From an uncultured Oscillospiraceae bacterium (GTDB lineage Bacteria; Bacillota; Clostridia; Oscillospirales; Oscillospiraceae), in NCBI GenBank assembly GCA_964634065.1, contig CAZWID010000001.1, positions 1-45,410 on the forward strand: DNA of 45,410 nucleotides. Direction: 5' to 3'. Position numbers and translations under genes: made by a program. Shown piece after piece: positions 9,978-18,129 of this stretch (position 1 is the stretch's first letter; every line of letters starts with the position of its first letter). The notes below the pieces were generated by a model, which saw only the letters and a program-made list of their open reading frames with translations, did no database searches and was not told where the DNA came from.

Positions 9978-10997
9978 TTACGCTTCCTCACCGATTTTCA
10001 TATAGTCGATATTTCTGATGACATCCTCTATAACGCCCGAATCCGCAAAGCTCACAGCCTGTCTTATAGCCGCAAACATCGCTTCGTCGTTCGATGAACC
10101 GTGTGCCTTGATGACGGGCTTTGCAATACCCAGCATCGGCGTTCCTCCGACCTCGTTGGGGTCAAGCTTTCTTGCAAGCTTTTTGATGTCCTTTTGTAAT
10201 ATCGCCGCAGCAAGCTTGTTGCGCCAATTCTTTTTAAGAACGCCTTTCAGCTCCTTGAAGATGAGCTTTGCGGCACCCTCGGTGGTCTTGAGTGCGATAT
10301 TGCCGGAAAAGCCGTCGGTCACGATAACGTCGGCTCCGCCCATAAACATCGTACTGCCCTCGATATTTCCGACGAAGTTCAGTCTGCCCTGTTCCTTTGC
10401 CGCAGACAGCAGCTTATGCGTCGTCTGCTGAAGCTGACCGCCCTTTGTTTCCTCCGCACCGTTATTCAAAAGTGCGACTCTCGGATTCTTTATGCCCATT
10501 ATACGTTCCGCGTAAAAGCTGCCCATATAGGCAAACTGCAGCAAATACTCCGGCGTACACTCTGCATTTGCGCCGCAGTCCATAAGCATGAAGCCTCTCT
10601 CCATATTTGGGAATACCGGTGCCATCGCCGCTCTGCGTATGCCCTTTATGCGCTTGGTTATGAGCGTCGCACCCGTGAGCAGAGCTCCGGTACTGCCTGC
10701 GGATACCACCGCATCGCCCTCACCGTTTTTGAGCATTGTGAGTGCCACGGTCATCGACGAATCCTTTTTCTTTCTTGTCGCGGTACTGGGATCGTCATGC
10801 ATGGTGATGACCTCTCTTGCGTCGACTATCTCAATGCCGTCGGGTATTTCACCCTCAAAACAGGACTTGACTTCCTCGATACGTCCCACAAGAACTATTT
10901 CGGTGCCTATCCTTTCTCTTGCGTAGATCGCACCCTTTACCGCCGAAAGAGGTGCATTATCTCCGCCCATTGCGTCAACGATTATCTTCACAGGCAA
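9978..10997 (-). CDS. plsX: phosphate acyltransferase PlsX
   Basis: 339 aa. The N-terminus VKIIVDAMGGDNAP and the overall pattern are typical of PlsX. Confidence 0.9.
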   Translation of the reverse strand: MPVKIIVDAMGGDNAPLSAVKGAIYARERIGTEIVLVGRIEEVKSCFEGEIPDGIEIVDAREVITMHDDPSTATRKKKDSSMTVALTMLKNGEGDAVVSAGSTGALLTGATLITKRIKGIRRAAMAPVFPNMERGFMLMDCGANAECTPEYLLQFAYMGSFYAERIMGIKNPRVALLNNGAEETKGGQLQQTTHKLLSAAKEQGRLNFVGNIEGSTMFMGGADVIVTDGFSGNIALKTTEGAAKLIFKELKGVLKKNWRNKLAAAILQKDIKKLARKLDPNEVGGTPMLGIAKPVIKAHGSSNDEAMFAAIRQAVSFADSGVIEDVIRNIDYMKIGEEA

Positions 10998-12300
10998 ATA
11001 TCTCCTTCTTCATCAGCTCGTCGATTATCGCAAGACTTCTTGCGGATATCTCGGCATTTTTGTTGCGCTTGCCCTTGACCTTATAGCTCAAAGGAGCGAT
11101 TATGCCGAAATTGATGTTCATCGGCTGAAAATCTCCGACGCTGCCTCCGGAAACGTAAAGTCCGAGTGCGCCGATTGCCGTCTCCTGCGGGAAATCAACC
11201 GGTTCCATACCGAGCAGCCTTGCAGCGGTCTCTATTCCGACAAGCATACCCGATGCCGATGACTCGACATAGCCCTCTACTCCCGTCATCTGACCCGCAA
11301 AGCTTATGCGCGGCTCTGCCTTAAAGCGGTAGTAGCGGTCAAGAAGGTCGGGACTGTTAATATATGTGTTGCGATGCATTACACCGTAACGGACAAATTC
11401 CGCGTTTTTGAGTGCCGGTATCATCGTGAACACACGCTTCTGCTCGCCCCATGTGAGATGAGTCTGGAAGCCGACCATGTTATAGATCGTTCCGTCCGCA
11501 TTGTCTCGTCTGAGCTGCACGACGGCATAGCTCTCTTTGCCGGTTCTCGGATCCTTGAGACCCACGGGCTTTAAGGGACCGTAGCACAGAGTCGAAACGC
11601 CTCTGCGCGCCATGACCTCGACGGGCATACAGCCCTCGAAAACTCCGGCATCGTCAAAGCCGTGTATGGGTGCTTCCTTTGCCGCACAAAGCTCCTTCCA
11701 GAACGCCATGTATTCTTCTTCGGTCATAGGGCAGTTTACATAATCCGGTGTGCCCTTGTCGTATCTCGATGCAAAGTAGGCGTTTTCCATGTCCACGCTC
11801 TCAAGCGTAACGATGGGTGCGACGGCATCGAAGAAGTGCAGCCCGTCGGAATTGCAAAGCTTTGCTATGCGTTCGGCAAAGCCGTCACTCGTCAAAGGTC
11901 CCGTTGCGATGACAAGCTCTCCCTCGGGAAAATCCAAAGCTTCGTCGACGACAAATTCAATGTTGGGGTGATTTTTTATCTTTTCGGTTATGTATCTTGC
12001 GAAGCCTTCTCTGTCAACCGCAAGCGCACCGCCTGCGGCGACTCTGTTTGCATCCGCGCTTTCGAGAATGAGTGAGCCCATTTTTCTCATTTCCGCTTTG
12101 AGCAGACCCACCGCATTCGTAAGCTCGTCACTTCTCAGCGAATTGGAACACACAAGCTCCGCAAGGTACGGCGAAGTATGTGCGGGAGACATCTTCTTCG
12201 GCTTCATTTCCACAAGCTTTACCTTGATACCGCGCTTTGCAAGCTGCCAAGCACATTCGCAGCCGGCAAGTCCCGCTCCTAATACCGTAACATTTTTCAT
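10975..12300 (-). CDS. trmFO: methylenetetrahydrofolate-tRNA-(uracil54-C5)-methyltransferase TrmFO
   Basis: 441 aa. FAD fold VTVLGAGLAGCECAWQLAKRG with Gid/TrmFO-like length. The 3' end overlaps the plsX start by 23 nt. Confidence 0.88.
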   Translation of the reverse strand: MKNVTVLGAGLAGCECAWQLAKRGIKVKLVEMKPKKMSPAHTSPYLAELVCSNSLRSDELTNAVGLLKAEMRKMGSLILESADANRVAAGGALAVDREGFARYITEKIKNHPNIEFVVDEALDFPEGELVIATGPLTSDGFAERIAKLCNSDGLHFFDAVAPIVTLESVDMENAYFASRYDKGTPDYVNCPMTEEEYMAFWKELCAAKEAPIHGFDDAGVFEGCMPVEVMARRGVSTLCYGPLKPVGLKDPRTGKESYAVVQLRRDNADGTIYNMVGFQTHLTWGEQKRVFTMIPALKNAEFVRYGVMHRNTYINSPDLLDRYYRFKAEPRISFAGQMTGVEGYVESSASGMLVGIETAARLLGMEPVDFPQETAIGALGLYVSGGSVGDFQPMNINFGIIAPLSYKVKGKRNKNAEISARSLAIIDELMKKEIFACEDNR

Positions 12301-12303
12301 AGC

Positions 12304-14484
12304 TTATTCCTTGCTCTTTCCCGCGGCAGTTTTGCCGCCTTTCTTTGTTGCGGTCTTCTTTTCATCGCCGCTCTTTTTCTTGTAGCCTCGCTTTTCTTCG
12401 GGAACGAAATTTTGACATTCCTCGTTTATGCAGAAGCTCTTGAGTCTGCCCTTGCCGCCCGGTTTGAACATCGTTTTGCCGCAGGATGGACAATAGTCCT
12501 TCGTGGGGACGTACCATGTCATGAAGCCGCAATCGGCACCTCTTTCACAGGCATAGAAGGTGTATCCCTTTTTGGAGGTGCGTTTCAGTATCCTACTGCC
12601 GCATTTCGGGCATTTGCCGGGCATTTCTATGACAATCGGCTTTGTGAAGCTGCACTCGGGATAACCGGGGCAAGCCAAAAAGCGACCGAATTTGCCGGAT
12701 TTTACGACCATTTGCTTGCCGCAAACGTCGCAGTATTCGTCGGAAAGCTCATCGGGCACCTTGATTCTCGTGCCCTCGAGTGCGGTTTCGGCAGCGGTCA
12801 GCTCATTGCTGAAATCGCCGTAGAACTCACGGATGAGCTCCTTCCAGTAGCGTTTGCCGGATTCGACGCCGTCCAAATTTTCCTCCATATTGTTGGTGAA
12901 CTTGAGGTCGACTATATCGGGGAAACGCTCCATCATCAGCTCCGTAACCACGGTACCGAGATTGGTGGGCTTTAAATATTTGCCGTCTTTTACAACATAC
13001 TCATGAGAGGTTATGGTCGATATTGTCGGTGCGTAGGTCGAGGGTCTGCCTATTCCCTTTTCCTCCATTGCGCGAATCAGCGTCGCTTCGGTATATCTTG
13101 CGGGGGGCTGAGTAAACTGCTGCTCGGGGAGCGTTTTTTCGAGATAGACCTTTTCGCCCGCATTAAGCTCCGGAAGCTTGCTGCGTATCTCGTCCGATTC
13201 CTCGTCCTTGCTTTCCTCGTACACCGCGGTATAGCCCGCAAAGCGCATCTCGGAATAGTTGGAGCGAAACACATAGCCGTTGCTGTCGACATCTATGACA
13301 ACATTGTCGTACACCGAATTTGCCATTTGGCTCGCTGTGAATCGACCCCAAATAAGCCTGTACAGTCTGTACTGCTCGGGCGTCAGATCTTTACGCACCA
13401 ACTCCGGCGTAAGCTCAACGTTTGTGGGTCTGATGGCTTCGTGCGCATCCTGTGCGCTGTTTTTGGATTTATACACGCGGAAGGAGCCGTGATAGTATTC
13501 CTTTCCGTAATGCTCGATGATGAAATTCTTTGCCGCCATGAGTGCAACATCGGACAGACGCAAAGAATCGGTACGCATATAGGTTATGAGACCGACGGAG
13601 CCCTGTCCCGTTATATTCACACCCTCATAAAGCTGCTGTGCAACGGACATCGTCCTGCGCGGTGTCATACCCAGACGGCGCGATGCCTCCTGTTGGAGCG
13701 TAGAGGTAATAAACGGAGGTGACGGGCTGCGGTGCTTTTCGCCTCTCTTGACACTCTTTATCGAAAACGGTGCATCCTGCGTTTCGGCAATGACGTGCCT
13801 AACCTCGTCCTCGGAGTGCAGATCAAGCTTTTTGTCGCCCTTTCCGTAGAACCTTGCGGTGAAGTTTGCGCCGTTATCACAGCCGAGCACCGCATCAAGC
13901 AGCCAGTATTCCTCGCGCACGAAGGCATCTATCTCTTTTTCGCGGTCAACAACCATTCTGGTCGCAACGGACTGGACTCTGCCTGCCGAAAGACCTCTTT
14001 TTATCTTCTTCCAAAGAAGCGGAGACAACTTGTAGCCCACGATTCTGTCAAGCAGACGGCGTGCCTGCTGTGCATCGACAAGATCCTGATCTATGTCCCT
14101 CGGGTGCTCTATGCTCTCGGTAACGACTTTTTTCGTTATCTCGTTGAAGGTAACTCGCCTTGCGCGCTCATCGTCAAGGTCAAGCAGCTCCTTCAAGTGC
14201 CACGATATCGCCTCTCCCTCGCGGTCGGGGTCGGTCGCAAGATATACGGTCGGCGCATTTTTGGAGAGCTTTTTGAGATTGTCGATTATCTCCTTATGAT
14301 CTCTCACCGGTATATACTTCGGCTCAAAATCGTTCTCTATATCTATTCCGAGTGTGCTTTTCGGAAGATCTCTCAAATGTCCCATTGATGCAACGACCTT
14401 ATAGTCCGCACCGAGGTACTTCTCTATCGTCTTGGCCTTTGCCGGAGATTCCACTATGACAAGATTCTTTTTCGCTGTAGGCAT
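12304..14484 (-). CDS. topA: DNA topoisomerase I
   Basis: 726 aa. Toprim N-terminus LVIVESPAKAKTIEKYLG, several C-terminal Cys4 zinc ribbons (CDVCGKQM, CPKCGSR, CPSCGKTM), Lys-rich tail. Confidence 0.93.
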   Translation of the reverse strand: MPTAKKNLVIVESPAKAKTIEKYLGADYKVVASMGHLRDLPKSTLGIDIENDFEPKYIPVRDHKEIIDNLKKLSKNAPTVYLATDPDREGEAISWHLKELLDLDDERARRVTFNEITKKVVTESIEHPRDIDQDLVDAQQARRLLDRIVGYKLSPLLWKKIKRGLSAGRVQSVATRMVVDREKEIDAFVREEYWLLDAVLGCDNGANFTARFYGKGDKKLDLHSEDEVRHVIAETQDAPFSIKSVKRGEKHRSPSPPFITSTLQQEASRRLGMTPRRTMSVAQQLYEGVNITGQGSVGLITYMRTDSLRLSDVALMAAKNFIIEHYGKEYYHGSFRVYKSKNSAQDAHEAIRPTNVELTPELVRKDLTPEQYRLYRLIWGRFTASQMANSVYDNVVIDVDSNGYVFRSNYSEMRFAGYTAVYEESKDEESDEIRSKLPELNAGEKVYLEKTLPEQQFTQPPARYTEATLIRAMEEKGIGRPSTYAPTISTITSHEYVVKDGKYLKPTNLGTVVTELMMERFPDIVDLKFTNNMEENLDGVESGKRYWKELIREFYGDFSNELTAAETALEGTRIKVPDELSDEYCDVCGKQMVVKSGKFGRFLACPGYPECSFTKPIVIEMPGKCPKCGSRILKRTSKKGYTFYACERGADCGFMTWYVPTKDYCPSCGKTMFKPGGKGRLKSFCINEECQNFVPEEKRGYKKKSGDEKKTATKKGGKTAAGKSKE

Positions 14485-14493
14485 TTTATGTCC

Positions 14494-15699
14494 TCACTTT
14501 ATTTTCAATGTAAACCTTTTTCCCGCTTCCTGCTCCACATAGCCCATAAGTTGAAGCAGTGTCAGGTCGGACAGGACCTTTGCGGCAGACAGCTCCGTTA
14601 TCTCAATGAGCTCATCCACCTGCATCGACGGCTTGTTCATCGCGGAAGCTATCTTTTGCTGAGTATCGGTCAGCCCTTGAAGCTGTTTCATGGAGTCAAT
14701 ATAGACTTCGCTTTCTTCATTGTCAACCTCTTTTTTTGAAACTTTTTCGGTCTCGGGCTTCTTTTTCCGCTCTTTGTTGGGACGATATTCAAGCTTTTCC
14801 GGTGAATACAATTCATTGCTCCTGTGCACTCTGTTCGGAAAAAGCGATGCATATTCGCACATCACGTCCCACCCTTCCGTAACGGGCTTGGCTCCCTCTT
14901 TGAGTATGGCATTGGAGCCTATACAATTATACTCACCGGCATTGCCGGGTACGACAAAAAGCTCCTTGCCCTGATCGGCGGCTTCGTTTGCAAACAGTCG
15001 CGCTCCGCTCTTTTGCGGTGCTTCGACGACGACAACACCCATCGACAGTCCCGCACTTATGCGATTTCTTGCGCGGAAGTAACTGGAATAAACGGGTGTT
15101 CCGGGCGGGTACTCACTTATAAGTGCACCGTACCACATGACGTCGGCGGAAAGCTCCGTCTTTGCCTGCTCATGCGGAACACCGAGTACGCCTATGACCG
15201 TACCGTCACCGTACAGTGCGCCCTTTGCAGCCATAGCGTCGATGCCTGCCGTGAGTCCCGATACAACGACACCGCCGCATTTTGCTATCTCATAGCCGAG
15301 CTTCTTTGCCATTTTCAGTCCGTGAGGCGAAGCTTTTCTCGTACCGACTATCGCGATCGCAGCCTCGTCATCGATCGGCGGAAGCTTGCCTTTGACGTAC
15401 AGTATATTCGGCGGCAAACTGATATTCTTCAGTCTGTCGGGATAATCGGCATCCTGCACCGTAAGTATTCTGATATGTTGCTCCTCGCATTCATCGAGTA
15501 TGCGTAAAGCGGAATCGAGATCTCTCTTTTCAAGTGCGTCGATACCGTCGTCGTAACGTCCGACAAGCGACTTGATCTCACCTTTAGGTGCAAAAAACAT
15601 CGCCTCCGGACTGCCGTAATGCTCAATAAGTGCGGCAGTGACTCTCGGGCTCAGACCCGGTGACTGTGATATCCACAGCCAATATTTCAGTGCAGACAT
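14494..15699 (-). CDS. dprA: DNA processing protein DprA (Smf)
   Basis: 401 aa. DprA core AIVGTRKASPHGL, GLTAGIDAMAAKGAL and VVVVEAPQKSGA, with a C-terminal winged-helix-like extension. Confidence 0.88.
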   Translation of the reverse strand: MSALKYWLWISQSPGLSPRVTAALIEHYGSPEAMFFAPKGEIKSLVGRYDDGIDALEKRDLDSALRILDECEEQHIRILTVQDADYPDRLKNISLPPNILYVKGKLPPIDDEAAIAIVGTRKASPHGLKMAKKLGYEIAKCGGVVVSGLTAGIDAMAAKGALYGDGTVIGVLGVPHEQAKTELSADVMWYGALISEYPPGTPVYSSYFRARNRISAGLSMGVVVVEAPQKSGARLFANEAADQGKELFVVPGNAGEYNCIGSNAILKEGAKPVTEGWDVMCEYASLFPNRVHRSNELYSPEKLEYRPNKERKKKPETEKVSKKEVDNEESEVYIDSMKQLQGLTDTQQKIASAMNKPSMQVDELIEITELSAAKVLSDLTLLQLMGYVEQEAGKRFTLKIK

Positions 15700-15715
15700 T
15701 GCTCCGCTCCTTCGC

Positions 15716-16465
15716 TCACTTTGTCATTTCCCACATCGACACCGCTGCAGCAACCGCCGCATTGAGCGATTCGGAGCACGGCATCATCGGTATTATCAGC
15801 TCACCGTCGCACATTGAAAGCAGCTCGGAGCTGAGACCCCTGCCTTCACTGCCTATCGCGACGGCTGCATTTTTAAGTTCAATCTGCCGTATGTCCCGTG
15901 CGGTATCGGTGAGTGCCGCGCCGTAAAGCAAAAGCTTTGATGCTTTGCAGAGCCTAAGGAGTTCTTCGCGATCGGTGCTTATTACTCTTTGGCGAAATAT
16001 CGCACCCATCGTCGCACGCACGGTCTTGGGATTATAGAGATCTGCGCAGTCACCGACGAGGATGACGGCATCGATACCGAAGGCATTCGCCGTTCTTATC
16101 ACCGTACCTACATTGCCCGGGTCTTGAAGATTTTCAAGCACAACGGCATTGCGGAGAAAGCCGTCGGACATAGCCTTCATTTCGACTGTAAACAGCGGTC
16201 CGGGGCAATTCTTGAGCGGCGAAGCGTAGTCAAAGAGATCGCTCGGTGCAGCGTATATCGCGCAGTCATCGGGAACCCGAGGCAGTGTCTCCGGCTCGTC
16301 CTTAAAAAGCAGCGTCTTGACCGTCATACCGGCACAGAGTGCCTCTTTGAGCGTTTTTTGCCCGTCACAGACAAATTCGCGGCATTCATCGCGATATGCG
16401 GCATCGGCGGAAAGCTTTTTGAAGTGGCATATTATTCTGTTTTTCCTCGAAGTAATCTTTTCCAT
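15716..16465 (-). CDS. TrmH/SpoU family RNA 2'-O-methyltransferase
   Basis: 249 aa. SpoU motifs LENLQDPGNVGTVIRTANAFG, AVAIGSEGRGLS and IPMMPCSESLNAAVAAAV. Confidence 0.88.
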   Translation of the reverse strand: MEKITSRKNRIICHFKKLSADAAYRDECREFVCDGQKTLKEALCAGMTVKTLLFKDEPETLPRVPDDCAIYAAPSDLFDYASPLKNCPGPLFTVEMKAMSDGFLRNAVVLENLQDPGNVGTVIRTANAFGIDAVILVGDCADLYNPKTVRATMGAIFRQRVISTDREELLRLCKASKLLLYGAALTDTARDIRQIELKNAAVAIGSEGRGLSSELLSMCDGELIIPMMPCSESLNAAVAAAVSMWEMTK

Positions 16466-16474
16466 GGTGATAAT

Positions 16475-16502
16475 AATATAACACTCCGACGCGATTTGTC
16501 AA
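16475..16502 (-). promoter_or_regulatory. sigma-A type promoter placed so that the TrmH-family gene would be (near-)leaderless
   Basis: The minus strand reads TTGACA (16502..16497), a 16-nt spacer, then TGtTATATT (hexamer 16480..16475). Only 9 nt (ATTATCACC) separate it from ATG 16465, with no SD between. Confidence 0.5.
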
Positions 16503-16530
16503 ACCTTCCTACATATTTAATATATGTGAT

Positions 16531-16560
16531 TTAAAATTCCCACTGCCGTTTGACAGTGGG
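16531..16560 (-). terminator. hairpin terminator after small ORF A
   Basis: Perfect 7-bp stem CCCACTG/CAGTGGG (16539..16545 and 16554..16560) with an 8-nt loop. On the minus strand it is followed by AATTTTAAAT. Lies 29 nt after the stop of the 85-aa ORF. Confidence 0.45.
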
Positions 16561-16588
16561 AATTTCGTTTTGCTTTGAAAATGCAGCT

Positions 16589-16846
16589 TTAGGAGTTAAA
16601 GAGCATTTCGTTTGTCGAGGGTACCTGATAGCAGTAGAGGCTGCCGTCGGCACCGGGGGAAGTATTGCAACCTATCGCGGTGTCGAGGAACAGGAAGTCG
16701 CCGCCGCCGGCATCGACCTTGCAGGTCGTGTACGATACGGCATAGATCGTGTCCTGATACAGCTTGTTGCCGCAGTTTCCCGCTATCGAGCTGCTCAGCT
16801 CATACTCCTCGAAATACAAGGCGGGCTTTTCATAGCTTCTTTTCAT
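16589..16846 (-). CDS. 85-aa four-Cys protein, copy A (uncharacterised; translationally coupled to giant protein A)
   Basis: The ATG shares one base with the upstream TAA (TAATG at 16848..16844). SD GGAGGTG is formed by the last codons of the upstream gene. The paralog at 22987..23244 differs at 13 synonymous codons and only 1 amino acid (S63H). Confidence 0.85.
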   Translation of the reverse strand: MKRSYEKPALYFEEYELSSSIAGNCGNKLYQDTIYAVSYTTCKVDAGGGDFLFLDTAIGCNTSPGADGSLYCYQVPSTNEMLFNS

Positions 16847-18129
16847 TACTTGCCACCTCCGATTGTTCCTTCGACGAGTTTTCCTATCGTTATCGATGCA
16901 TCTATCGCCTTTTCCGTCGCCGCTATCTTTATGCTTCCTGCGGGTGCGGATTTCAGCACGTCTTCCGGCTCCGTCGGTTCAACGTAGGTGTAGCCCTCTC
17001 CTGCGGGGATACTCGACAGCTGCGCCGCCGCGTAACCGCACAGCTCCGTATCCGCTATGAGACTTGCACTCTGTGCCGTACCCTTTGCATAGGTCACCTT
17101 CACGCTTGTCACCGATACGATGCCCGTGCCGTTATTAACGATTACTATCTTGCCGTCACTTGCCGTCACCGCATAGTACATTTCGGTGCTGCTGTTTACG
17201 CCGATCGTCTTGCCGTTTACCGCTACCGATACCGCCTTGCCGTCCGCGCTCTTGAGTCCGATATGTACACCGACGACATTGCTCATATTGCTCAGCTTAA
17301 ACGCTATGCCCTGTCCCGTCGCAAGATATACTTCGTTCTTCGGTCCGTAGTTCTTGTAATCCTCCGCTACGCTCGAGGTCGTTATCTTATGGTCCACTAC
17401 CAGGTTGCCCTTAGAGTCTACCTTGTAGCTGCCGTCTGCGTTCTTCGCGGGACGTCCGTCGATATACACCGCTCCCGATACGCTGCCGTTTGCACTGTTG
17501 AAGCTGTTTGCCGAAATCAGTGCGTCTCTGACGTCGATGTACTGTGCGTTGTATTCGCCGTCCGCTGCGTAGATGTCGCCGTAGGTCTCGTTCAGCTTAT
17601 TGTTGTATACTCTGATACCGTCCAGTATGAAGCTTACGCTGCCGAGTCTTGTTCCGTCGGCTGCGGTGAGGTCAAGTGCCGTCGAGTATGCGACCTCGAT
17701 CTTCACGGTGTAGGTGCCGTAGGCAAGAGACGTTTCCTCGAATACGGGGATCTGCCAATAGCTGTCCGCCGATCTCGTCGATATCATCTGCTTCATGCCG
17801 ACCATTTTTCCCTGCGCGTCGTATACGCTGACCTTGAAGCCGCCCTGCGACGCAGTCGTTGCGGAGTAGAGCTCAAAGCCCGTTCCGGTGAAGGTGAACT
17901 GTGCGGTCGCGGTATTGCCGCCCTTGGCGACGGTGACGCTCATCGCCTTGCCGAGTGAGTAATTGGTGTACTCGCCGTAGGCTGCATCGTAGCCGTATAC
18001 GCCTTCGCCCGCCGTCTGCTTAATCGCCGCTATTGCCGCATCAGTCTTGCCGTCGTCGTACACCGCTTTCCAATCGCCGCTGTAGCTCACGAAGCTGTCC
18101 TCATAGTATACGCTCGTTGCGGGGATGAT
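16589..18129 (-). repeat. direct repeat copy A (1541 bp; 3' end of giant gene A plus small ORF A)
   Basis: Collinear with 22987..24527 at a constant offset of 6398 bp. Sub-blocks: 16589..16615 identical; 16616..16676 has 17 differences; 16677..17985 has no difference found; 17986..18129 has 5 silent SNPs (17986, 18010, 18022, 18043, 18088). Confidence 0.9.

Noticed and set aside
16612-17958. 448-aa plus-strand ORF, with its twin at 23010..24356. Other long plus-strand ORFs of the same kind are 18520..19827, 26667..28016, 5286..6059, 10416..11078, 13003..13722 and 40175..41011.
   Set aside because: They lie antisense to well-supported minus-strand genes. Their translations are Arg/Cys/His-rich low-complexity strings with no motifs, no SD and no plausible starts. 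They are typical shadow ORFs of GC-rich coding DNA.
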